Assembly (NCBI GenBank): GCA_043228905.1
Contig: JBHGNT010000001.1
Coordinates: forward strand, 6,200,001-6,264,000
From: Azolla caroliniana
Taxonomy: Eukaryota > Plantae > Polypodiophyta
Direction: 5' to 3'
Length of the DNA: 64,000 nucleotides
Below are positions 51,701 through 62,600 of this stretch, in pieces. The position numbers and the translations under genes are program-made. The number at the start of each line of letters is the position of its first letter. Positions within the stretch are counted from its first letter, which is position 1. Under the pieces are notes generated by a model. It was not told where the DNA came from and did not search any database. It saw only the letters and a list, made by a program, of their open reading frames with translations.

Positions 51701-52496
51701 GCAGAGGACCCATCGACGAGTCGAACGGGCCTACAGGGAGGCGAGCGCGAAGGAAGACTCGAAGCCGGCGGATCAAACCGGCGGCGAGCCGAGATGCGGA
51801 TCACGGGAGACCGGTTTCTCACAGGCCGAAATCTCTCACCCTTCAACCAGATTTGGCACGTATCGGTGGACGTGCAGTTAGGTGGGGGCGGATGTCGTGA
51901 AGAATTTCGGCCAGAGGTGGAAACCGGGAAACATTGTCTACATCGGCGGGGTGCAGCGTGTGTACGCACCCATGTACATTTGGTGTGAATATCGAGGGCG
52001 CCATTTATGGCGCCGAAGAGTAGTCAAGTCGTGGCAGATGATCCCATGTAAGTCGGGATTTGTCCCACATTGTAACGCATCCCTTTCCTTGTTCTATAAA
52101 AGGAAGGGAACGCCCTTTGTGAAAGGGTTGCCTGTTTTGCATTAGAGGGTATACCATTAGGTTTAGAGTTAGGTTTTCTTGTTCTCCTTCTTCTCCCCCT
52201 TCGTGTTTTGCTTAGGGTTTGCTTTGGTTCGGCCTCCTGTACAAGACCCCGCTCGGCGCGACGAGCTGAGAGCTCCCCGACCGGCGGCTTGGCAGCTGAC
52301 GACTAATGTAACCTACCTTGGACCGGCTCGAAGCCGGGAATGTATTCTTATTTATATATATATATATACATTTGCGTCTGTCTGTGTATATCCGCGTCTC
52401 TGTTGGTGTCGGGTGCTTCCCCTCTCCTGCGTTTTCTGTACATAAGGGCGTGAGTCGGGTTGGGCTGTGTGTGCGTGTGTGTGCGTGAGTCGGTGT

Positions 52497-52531
<35 letters not shown>

Positions 52532-52984
52532 CGGTTGCTTCCGGTGTGCTTTTGGGGTGCCCGGAAACGGCATGACTTCCTACGCTCCATCACTCCCTAG
52601 TCCAAGACCCCCGTGGTCCCGCCTTTCTCCACGCACGCGCGTAGAGCCTCTTCTTCCGCAGTCCGTCCTCGGTCTTTCTCTGTGTATTCTTTCCTCTAGA
52701 TGGCATCCCGAAGACAGTCAAAGGTCGCCCCTTTTATAGCACAAGGAGCGACCGTTACAAGCATTTATGACCTATCACTTTTGTCATAGATTCTCTCCCC
52801 TAATTTACTCTCCTCGTAACTCTCCCTACTTATGCGATGCCTATGCTCTAACTACCTAGTACCCCTCCTTATACTCATGCCTAGTACTTGTCCTATTTAA
52901 TTCCCTCGAGGCGTGCACTCGTGTAAACTGGTGTTCCTGCGGGTTTCACCTTTTTTCTACCTATGGCTTGGAATTTTCACGACA
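47746..52984 (-). mobile_element. Solo-type LTR F (relative of D/E) on the minus strand, split by element E
   Basis: Minus strand begins TGTCGTGAAAATTCC at 52984, has TATAAAAGGGG at ~52738 and ends gagacccccgtggtcc...ccccgTCA at 47746, like the D/E LTR ends. Confidence 0.65.
48120..52643 (+). mobile_element. Non-autonomous Trp-primed gypsy derivative E; LTRs 48120-48903 and 51893-52643 (3' end clipped)
   Basis: Nearly identical ~780-bp LTRs, PBS-Trp at 48908, PPT aggtgggggcgga before 51893, truncated gag (VGRFNGDKVPSYLDAY), no pol motifs in the 3-kb interior. Confidence 0.88.
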
Positions 52985-53008
52985 ACGCGCGTAATAACGC
53001 GATAATGT

Positions 53009-53472
53009 TGTCGTGAAGAAAACCGGCCGTAGGCGGAATCAGAGAAAAGGGGCATGAACCGGCTCTTACGTGGGTGGACGCGAAAATTGATATTTTGTGC
53101 ATAATTCATAATTATGTCGGTTGATGTAAATACTAGGTAGTACACATTTATTAGGGGATTTGTGCGTATCTCTGTCGAAAGGGACAGGGAATAAAGCGAT
53201 TTGACTAGGGAAGGAGGGTCTCCCCTCGGTGAACTATTTAAGGAAGGAGAGAAGGAAGAAAGACGTATTGCGCGATGGCGAGGACGAAGTGCTGCTGCAG
53301 AACCGAGTGCCGAGCTCTCTCTCTTCCGATCGTCGTTCTCTGTGGGTGTCGGGAGTTCGCTGCCTCTGCTTCGTGGACAGTCCGTGTACTTCCAGCAGAG
53401 GCTCTCTCTCTCTCCCCCCCTTCCCTTTTTGTTTCTTCGAGTCGAGTGGCTGTTGTCTGTGTGCGTGAGTAG
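53009..53472 (+). mobile_element. Truncated LTR G (D-like)
   Basis: Starts TGTCGTGAAGAAAACC and is colinear with the D LTR (taggcggaatcagaga, ctaggtag, gcgtatctctgtcgaaagggacag, cgaggacgaagtgctg). Confidence 0.7.
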
Positions 53473-53855
53473 TGTCAAGATTCGAACTCTTGACATAACC
53501 ATGTTGTAATCGAGTGTTATGTGTTAGCCACACATCTAACATATAATCATGTATATACTTCCTCATTGTAGGTTTTAGCTAGCATCATGTGCATAATTTC
53601 TCCCTTGTATTATTAACACTTGGCACATGAATGCGTACCTACTGCCTACATGCTCTATTGTATCACATGCGTGGAACAGGTATGCATGCCACTTAGTATA
53701 AATAGTTGAGTTCACCTTGAAGGAATTCAAGGTGAACAACGCCAGTCATGGACACACCAAATGCGGACTAAGACGGAGCGCGGATGATGAGGCTACGACG
53801 GAGCGATGAAGGAATGACACAAGAGCATAAAGATAGAATCGTTGGCGGAATTTCC
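53473..53855 (+). mobile_element. Truncated LTR H (probable Tcn1-like chromovirus LTR)
   Basis: Starts TGTCA; TATAAATA at 53697; same architecture as LTR 55122-55547; ends at a deletion junction into the gag of A. Confidence 0.55.
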
Positions 53856-54343
53856 CTAATGGATTGAATCGTTGTGCGAGGCCTCCCAAGCATACTTGAA
53901 CCATCTCGTTTTCGTTGACGTTTATGTTGATGGACCCAAGTGAGTCGCAAATTTTCTTGATCTTGGCGGTGTAGTCCGACACGAACATGTCTTTTTGTCG
54001 AATGTTATTCAACTCTTGTCGAAGTTGAAGCTTTCAGGTGATGGTGTTCACGGTGAACATTTTCTTTAAGTTCGCCCACGCTTCTTTAGGTGTCTTGGCG
54101 TCTCGAAAGTGGCTAAGCATGTGGTCGTGGACACATGTTGCCAAGCAATACATGACTCGACTAGTCGCTTGCTCCCATGTTGCCTAGTCAACGTTCTTTG
54201 AGTCGGGTCGATTTTCTTGAGCGCCGTTGATGTAGCTCCAATACCTTTGGCCGAAGAGGTATTGGTGTTCGTGACAAGGTCGTCATTGTGGAAGAATAAA
54301 CAACATCTGTGATGTTGAAGGACCTGTGTATGAGAATGAAAAC

Positions 54344-54396
<53 letters not shown>

Positions 54397-54524
54397 AAAG
54401 AAGCCGTTATATTTGTCAATAGCAACAGTTACAAAAATGACAACCAACCTTTACTAAAGGTTACAAAGTCACTATATATAGTGACTATCCTAGGGCAACT
54501 ACCCTTTATGCTATTTACAGAAAT

Positions 54525-55547
54525 CGCCGGATCTTGTTGATCGCCGTCCTGATGCTGTCGGTGTCTCCAAAGCAGGCTTTGAACTCACTAATAAAATCTT
54601 CAAAGTTATTAAGCAAGGGCGATTGTTTTTCTAGAAGCGGAGCGAACCATGTTAAGGCTGAGCCGCTAAGCAACGTGCCTATTAAGCCGACTCGGGATGC
54701 ATCAGTGGGGTATCGGGAAGGATGCATTTGGAGGACTAATCGTACCTGATTAAGGAATCCCTTGAATTGCGACCGCGTTCCATCAAATTTCACAGGAAGT
54801 CCAATCTTCGGCTCTTTATGAAATCCTTGGGGACTTGATCCTTGTTGTTGCAATGCCGCTTCGAGTTGTTGCACCCGTAACGCTAACTCCCCATGTTGTT
54901 GCTGCGTTTGTTGCTTTTCTAGAGCGATTTGTTGCAGATCCCCTATCAGCCGTTGGTTTTCTTGTTCCAGGGCAACAAATTTTTCTTTTAGGCACTGTAA
55001 CTCGGAGAAAATGGATTGATATTCTTGGGCGCTAACAGTAGCCATAGTAGGGGGAAAAGGATAGGAGGATGAGGGAGAACGACATGTAGGCTGGAGAAAA
55101 GAGGAACAAATTGGTTCAAACTGTCAGGAATAGTACTAAAGCAGAGATGGAATTAGTACTAAGAAGAGTAGTACTATTAGTACTAAGAGGACGGGACTGC
55201 GTAAGATTCCCGAGAGAGAGGAAGTGAGAAGAGGAGAGAGAGAGAAATAGGATGATGACAACAGCTCTTATATTATATGAAAGATAAGTACAAATCGGCA
55301 AAGAGGCTTAAGACTGGTGTTGAACCAATTTGGTTCAAAACAATGCCTTGTGCCTCCTTTTATAGTGTTTTTAGGAATAATCCTGAAGCTTCTAGAATGT
55401 TCCAGAGAGATCTGGAATATACATCAATTTTATATGATAAAACATAAATGAAAATAATATTCTACAAAATACAATTCATAGTCTAATGGTAAGAGCTCGA
55501 CCCATGTAGCATAAGGTCATGGGTTCGAGTCTTGCCATATCATGACA
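54525..55547 (-). mobile_element. Tcn1/Tf1-like chromovirus remnant: 5' LTR 55122-55547 plus truncated gag 54515-55045
   Basis: LTR TGTCA...TGACA, TATAAAA at 55364-58, non-tRNA PBS. Gag EPKIGLPVKFDGTRSQFKGFLNQVRL...LLSGSALTWFAPLLE...FEDFISEFKACFGD is of the Tf1/sushi/Tcn1 type. Confidence 0.85.
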
Positions 55548-58500
55548 AAGCCGATCCTCAAAAAACCGATGTCTGTGTGTCCGACTTTAACCAGACCGAT
55601 TTTTCGTTACGCCCATCTGGTGTCGAAGGGACAGGAAACGATCCGCCGAAAGACACTTGGTCATTCCATCTGCGCCATTTTCGGTTGTGGATATTTTCTC
55701 GAGACCGATTTTCCCTAAATTGATTCAGTCCCGAGCGAAGTGATATCGAACGTCGATATGCTTGGAGGTGTTGTGGTGAACCGGATTCTTTGACAAAGCA
55801 ACAACACCCTGACTATCGCTATAGACAACTGGAGCCGAGTCGAGGTCGACTTGTCGAAACGTGTGCGCTAGCCGACCGAGCCGTAAAGCTTTTTTTGCCG
55901 CGTCGAACACATCTACATATTCTGCTTCGGTCGTTGAGGTGGCTGTGCACTCTTGAAGTTTCGACTTCCACGAGATTGCTCTATTGCCGAATTTGAAACA
56001 ATATCCAGTTGTTGATTTTCGGCTGTCCACGCAGCCGGCGAAGTTCGAGTCGGTGTAACCGACTACGCCTGAGGTTGAGTTCGGGCCAAAAAGAATGTCG
56101 TGGTCTTTTGTGCCAGCTAGATATCTGAACACATGCTTGACTATGTTCAAGTGCGATCGGCCTGGGTTGTGCATGAATCTACTGACGACTCCTACGACCA
56201 TCGCGTACATAAAGGAGCCGACTGCCGGTACATACGGTACCGACTTCATATCTTCCCCCTCTGGACCGGATGTCGGGCAGTCTCGCTGAGACAACCGAAG
56301 GTTAATGGAGAGTGGGGTCGAAGCAGACTTGGCATGTTGAAGCGTTCCAAGACACGTCCGATGTAGTCGGTTTGAGACAAGAAAAGTTGTCGTGTATCGC
56401 GATGCCGACTAATCTTAATACTAAGTATGTGTCTTGCCGGACCGAGGTCCTTCATGGCAACTTCAACCGTAGTTTCCGAACGAGTTCGGTGACCTCTCCG
56501 GCATGTCGGCCGGAGAGTAGCATGTCGTCCACGTAAATGATGAGGAAGACGGGAGACCTGTCTTGAGCTATTTTGGTGAAGAGACAGTCGTCCTCATCGC
56601 TCTTGGAGAAGCCGACCGACAGGATGAAGTCGTCGAACTTCTTGTACCACTGTCGAGGTGCCTGTTTCAAGCCGTATAAACTCTTCTTGAGTCGACAGAC
56701 TAGATGTTCCTGGCCGGATGCCACAAAGCCTTTCGGTTGCTCCATATAGATTTCCTCCTGTAGGTCACCGTGGAGGAATGTTGTTTTTATATCTAGTTGA
56801 ATTAGCTCCAAGTTGTCGGCGGCCACGACGCCGAGCATGAAACGAAGGGTTGTCATTTTCACCACTAGTGGAAAGATTTCGTCGAAGTTGACACCATATT
56901 CTTGTTGAAATCCCTTCGCAACTAATCTAGCCTTGTACTTTGGGTTGGTCGAGTTAGATGTCACTTTTAGTCGATAGACCCACTTACACAGAAGAGCACA
57001 TTGATTCGTCGGTAATTTGACCAAGTCCCAAGTCTTGTTTGCGCCAATGGTGTGCATTTCCAACTCCATCGCCAGATGCCAGGTGGATGAGTCGGTAGAT
57101 GCTGATGCTTCTTCGTAAGACGTCGGTTCGCTGACGTCGGTAAAGAAAATTCTGGGAGAATACCTTTCCGGAGGTTGCAACAATCTCTCAGATCTTCAAG
57201 GTATGATTGGACTGGTCGCACCGGGTATTGGTGTCGGATGGTCGGAAGCCGATCCATTCGGCCGTGCCGAATCAGTGGATTCGGGACGAGAGGTGTCGGT
57301 TACTTGTGAAACCGATCTCGTGTTGTGGGCTTGGCTTTCATGAAGGGTTGGCACTTCGGAAAATATTAGCCTTCGGACTTCAATAGGCCTTTCGGCCGTT
57401 ATATGCATAGCCGACTCGTTGAACATGACTTTCGAACTTCAGACGATTTGTCTGTGCTTGGGGTCCCAGAGTTGGTATCTGATCTCGCAGTCGGGTCCAT
57501 ATCCAAGGAAAAGGCATTTCCTTGATCTTGGTTCGAGTTTCCGGCGGCCGTCTTTCGGTATGAGGGCATACGCCTCGCAGCCAAAGATCCTCAGCTTGTC
57601 ATAATTCGGCTTACTGCCGATCCATGTTTCCTGAGGTATTTTAAGTCCTAGAGGTCTACTTGGCGACATATTTATGATATGTACTGCCGTAAGTAGAGCC
57701 TCCGCCCAGAAGCCATTCGACAGTCCGGAGTGTTGGAGCATGGATACTATGCGTTCTTAAATCATCTGATTCATGCGTTCTGCAATTCTGTTCTGCTTTG
57801 GACTATAAGGTGCCGTATATTCACTTCGAATGCCGCGTTCCCGACAAAATTTGACGAATTCTTTAGACTTGAATTCTCCTCCGTTGTCGGTTCAGAGACA
57901 TTTTAGTTTCCGATCGATCTAATTTTCGACCATTGCAAGCCATTCAAAGAAGATCGAGAACATCCGATCTTTGGTTCTAATGGGGTAAGCCCACACCTTC
58001 CGAGTCAAGTCGTCAATAAAACTGACGAAGTACAAAGGATCGCCGAGAGACCGATGTGGCATTGAGCCACATACGTCTGAGTGGACCAAATCGAGGGGAC
58101 TTGATTCTCTTGGTGCTGATGTCGGGTGTGATGCGGCTACCTGTTTGCCATACTGGCAATGCTCGTAGAATTGGTGATCTGTGAAGGAGAGCTTGGGAAT
58201 GTAGCCGGCTCTGGATAGGTGCGTTATGCCGGCCTTGTTGAGGTGTCCAAGTCGTATGTACCATAATGATGACACGGGGATATCAACCAGAAATAAGTCA
58301 CCCTCTTTGAGTGTGACATATAAAGGGTACAAAGAGTGTACCTTTGGTCCTCGAGCAAGTAGGAGGTTCCCTTTGTGGAGTTTCTACCCTCTTGATGAGA
58401 ACCCGACACGGATGCCGACTTTGTCAAGTTGTCTGACTAAGACCAAGGGTCTTGAAAGCTCAGGAACGTGTCAGACGTTGTGTAGTACGAGTGTAGAGCC

Positions 58501-58966
58501 ACCCGAAAGGTAGTGCAGATTCCGATTATGGCACAATGTTGCGAGTTCCCGACTCGAACTGAGTCGGAGAGCTGGTCCGAGTATTTCCGAAACTGAGATC
58601 GATGAGGTGTCACATGATACGATGCACCCGAGTCTAGGAGCCATGTGCTCGATTCCTCAGTCGTAAGCAGAACTTCTGATTCGACTGGGTTCTCTATGGA
58701 TAGTATGTTCGGGTCAGTCGTCAAAATTTCGACTAAAGAGCCGACGTAGTTGACCTCCTCATGTCGGCTACTCTTCTTATCCGCTCTCTGAGCTTTGTCG
58801 GTTTTTGCTTTGAGTGCCTGACAATCGGCTTTGATGTGTCCCAGTTTCTTGCAGTAGTTGCAAATTCGGTTGTCCCGGGACTTGCTCCGGCTTCGCTGAT
58901 TGTTCGACGGTCGGGAAGAACTTCTTCCCCGGTTGTTCGATCGGTCAGTCAATCCTTGTACTACGT

Positions 58967-59645
58967 TGTCGTGAAGAGTTCGGGCCATAGTGAGAAACCA
59001 GGGAATATCAGAAGAATCGGCGGGGTGGAGCATGTGCACTCACCCTTGTACAAATTGTGTGAAGGATAGGGGCGTCGTTATGGGCCAGACAATAGTTAAT
59101 TCGGGACAGAGGATCCCATGTAATAAGGGATTTATCCCACATTGTTATGCATCCCTCTCCTTGTTCTATAAAAGGAAGGGAACGCCTTTAGTGAAGGGGT
59201 TGCCCATTTTGAGTTAGGAGGATATACCACTTAGGTCGAAGGTGTGTTAGTTCTTCTTCTTCTTACTTTAGAGTTCTTTGAGGTCTTCTTCTTCGTGTCT
59301 GTTTAGGGTTTTAGTCTGGTGAAGAGCTTGGATGTTCTGTGGGGGGGCTTACTTCTACTCGGCCTCCTATGCAAGACCCTGCTCGGCACGACGAGCCCGA
59401 GATCTCCCTGAAGGTGGCTTTGCGGCAGTCTGCTGTTGTGACCTAGCCTACCTTAGTTCGGCTCGGAGCCGGAGTTGTATCTTTCTCTTGTACATACATA
59501 CATATATATTCAGTGAAGTTCTGTGCATCTGTGTCTTTGTCGGTGTCTTTGGAGTTCCTTCTTTCTGGTTTCTGTACATAGGATGCGTGTGCCTAGTAAG
59601 TGTTGCGTGCGCGCCCTTTTCCCCCTCCCATACGATTGCTCCATG
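58967..59645 (+). mobile_element. Truncated LTR I (E-like) inserted in the gag of Copia B
   Basis: TGTCGTGAAGAG start; shares gatcccatgtaa..gggattt.tcccacattgt...ccttgttctataaaaggaagggaac with the E LTRs; left flank ACGT. Confidence 0.85.
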
Positions 59646-62600
59646 TACTTAACGGCAGCTGTTGAAGCATTGCACACGGTTGTAACGAAAGTTTCCCATG
59701 AAGAGGGGAGACTACTCAGGAGTATCATTGCTCTGAGTTCATCCTCGATTTCCGTCCCCTGAGACGAGATTTGGGAGCTTATGCTTTCGTACTCATTGAG
59801 GTGTGCCTAAACCGAATCAGATTCTTTCATCAGCAAGTTGTAGAGGCGCCGGATCAGATACATTTTCGTTGCCGTGACCTTCTTTTCATAAGTTTCTGAC
59901 GGTGTTTTCCAAAGTTCAAAAGCTATTGTGCATGATTGTACTGTGAAGTACACTGACTCTGACAAGTGCATCCGAATCGTGGCGCGGACAATTCTGTCTA
60001 GCTTTAGCCACTCGTTTGCCTTGTATGCTTCTGGAGGATTTTAATTCTCAATCGGGTCTATCTGACCCTTGACTATGAGATAGTCCTGCATTTGTTCCTT
60101 CCAGAAGTTGAAGTTCGAACCGTCAAACCTCCTTAGACTCATCTCCAATGAGCCGAATGTTGATGCCATCTGCTTCGGTTTTGGTTGGTAAGACTCGGTT
60201 CGGACTACGAACCTTAGTGGGGTGCAACCGGTCGGCTCACCCGATATCGTTTTAGTCGGTTTTGAACCCGAGTCGGTTTGGTTTTGGATACTTGTTGCTG
60301 AACTTACTTGGAGTGACTCTGGTAACTTGAGGAACAGAACTGGCTGGTCTTCTCGAATGTTGCCGAGTCAGAGTGAGCCAGGTTAGCTTCCGATTGTATG
60401 CCGAATACCGATTACAAGAAACCGATTGTTTGGGCCGATTCTGCTTCGGGTGACTACAACGATGAGAGGGACAGATCCAATGGATCCTACCGAATGTTGA
60501 TCAGCCAAATGAAGCACGAATTTGGTTGTTGCCAGGAGACCAATCTACAACGGGTGGTTAGAATGAGTGAGTGAATAGTGTCCGGTGACCTATTCAGATG
60601 TCTTTTAACCGAATGAAGCACGATTGGGCCGGGTGTTGCACAAGGAGCTCACCTCAAGTGGTTACAATCACAGGAACAAAGTACAGCCGACTAGCTTACT
60701 CCAATTAGTGATTTAACACAGTGAGATGCAAACTTCTTGTTTGTCTTCTCTCTTCTCTGTTCTTCAAGAAGTTACAAAAAACAGAATGTTGTGGTGTACG
60801 ATGACGGCCAACAGCGGGTTGAAGAACCTCCAACGCTCTGATACCAAATGTTGGTGACAAGGTCGTTAGTGCAGAAGAACAAACAACATCTGTGATGTTG
60901 AAGGACTTGTGTATGAGAATGAAAACAAGATACATAGAGAGAGAGAGAGATAGGCACAAAGAAACCGTTATATTTCTCAATAGCAACAATTACAAAAATG
61001 ACAACCAACCTTTACTAAAGGTTACAAAGTCACTATATAGAGTGACTATCCTAGGGCAACTGCTCTTTATGCTATTTACAGAAATAGCCCAAACTTGGGT
61101 TGTTAAAAAAGGACAGTGTGAATACGGCCATTATACACTGGTGTTCGACAATTGGGTCATCTTGTACTCCCAAGATGAATAATTGCTCCAATCTAGCTTT
61201 TCACTAGGGAGCGAGCTACCCATTTACGTGTTCATTTTGATTATATTGTCTTCTCTTCTTTTGCTTTACTTCCTTCGATCACGTAGATGTGCTACGTAGC
61301 GACACTACAGTAGCCGATTGCCGATTTTTTCGTCGGCGTCTCGAACACACAATCACGGAGTCGGGTGGGCTTAGTGGATTTTTCTAAACCACACACTCTT
61401 ATACCATGTTAAGAATTAGGTAAGTAATTAAGCAAGGGTTAATTAGTACCTAATTATGTGATTAATTGACAAGCGGAAGATTAAGCGATATGTGTGTGTA
61501 TGTGTGTGAGAGGAAGAGAGAGAGAGAGATACACTTATGAAGAACACAAGATGGGGGATGAGTAACTATATTAAATTAACATTATCATTATCATCAAATA
61601 CAAAAATACCCACAATGAGGTATATATAGATCTCATGTGCAAGGGTGCACATGTGTGAGAATAATATAGGTACAAGGGTGTAAATCCTATATTAAATGTA
61701 CTTGGGAGCGGAGGATCTAGAATATCCCAATGAAGTACAAGGTCCTATTTAAGGTGTTATAGTCAACACTTCTAACTAGATTCTATCTAGATAACTACGA
61801 AGTTACATGGTTGACTAAATAACTAAACTAAGTTGAGCTTGGTCTCTCAACAACCCATTTATTCCGAAGTGCCTTCTTTACTCTCAGCAGTTCGGTCAAT
61901 TCATATGTGTGGTTCTCATGCAAAGAATCCATCTCCTCTTGCATGGCACTCAACCACTTTCGGCTATGGGTATCTTTCTTGCCTTCTTCAAAGCTTTCCG
62001 GTTCCCCCTCATTGGTTAGCAGTACACGCTCTTCATCTGGAAATCTTCGGGGGGCCCTCCTTTCTCTTAGGGGGTATCTATGGCCTCCATTCGGCACAAT
62101 AGGTTCTTCTTCCACTTCTTCGGCCAATTCGAATTTGGTTCCTTGTTCTATTGTTTCCCCTCTCTCTTCAGTTGGTTCTCGATTTTGCCGAGTATTAACT
62201 CGGCCGACTGGCTGCTATTCGATTTCGATTGAATCGGCTTTTATTCGATTCGGCCGAGCGTCGACTTGATTCTCAATCTTCCAGTCAACTATTGTCTTTT
62301 CCTCGATGACGACAATGTCACGGCTCCTAATCACTTTCTTCTTGACTAAGTCCCATAGCCGATAGCCAAATTCATCATTGTCGTAGCCGAGAAATATGCA
62401 TGGCCGAGATTTCGGGTCCAACTTCCCCCTCTGGTTCTTTGCCACATGCACATAAGCAAGACAACCGAACACCCTCAAATGTCGGTACAATACGTCTTTG
62501 CCACTCCACACCCTTTGTGGAATATCACTGTCCAAGGGTACGGAGGGTGATCGGTATATCACGTATGTTGCCATCATTAGCGTCTCAGCCCAGAACATCT

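Larger units (their letters stand above)
46484..53004 (+). mobile_element. Ty3/gypsy non-chromovirus element D (Trp-primed): 5' LTR 46484-47156, decayed gag 47230-47745, last 20 bp of a 3' LTR at 52985-53004
   Basis: TGTCGTG LTR start; PBS TGGTGAACCCGACGTGA complementary to the tRNA-Trp 3' end; gag IGRFGGKDATSYLEAY...TWEEFEGRLLEKYG; flanks ACGT / ATGT. Confidence 0.7.
54266..61150 (-). mobile_element. Ty1/copia element B inserted in the gag of A; 5' LTR 60849-61150, truncated 3' LTR 54266-54524
   Basis: TSD ATTGG (54261-65, 61151-55); PBS TGGTATCAGAGC (60835-46); gag MASTFGSLEMSLRRFDGSNF from 60169; WLLDSGAS, VHSDVCG, QLDIKTTFLHGDL, IYVDDML, STTEAEY. Confidence 0.93.
43811..61852 (-). mobile_element. 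Ty1/copia element A, RT/RH-deleted; LTRs 43811-44254 and 61407-61852
   Basis: Paired ~445-bp LTRs (TGTTAAG...TCAACA), 5-bp TSD ACCCA (43806-10, 61853-57), Met-like PBS 61395-61406, PPT at 44255. Gag begins at 61223 (MGSSLPSEKLD), zinc knuckle CNYCGKIGH, integrase IHSDVWGP...LRSDGGKEY. Confidence 0.93.

Noticed and set aside
49272-51969. Many long overlapping ORFs in element E (266 aa, 370 aa and others)
   Set aside because: Expected from high GC content; no recognisable domain.
55470-55545. Functional tRNA gene
   Set aside because: No acceptor or anticodon stem can be formed and it is an integral part of an LTR; kept only as Pol III-like boxes.
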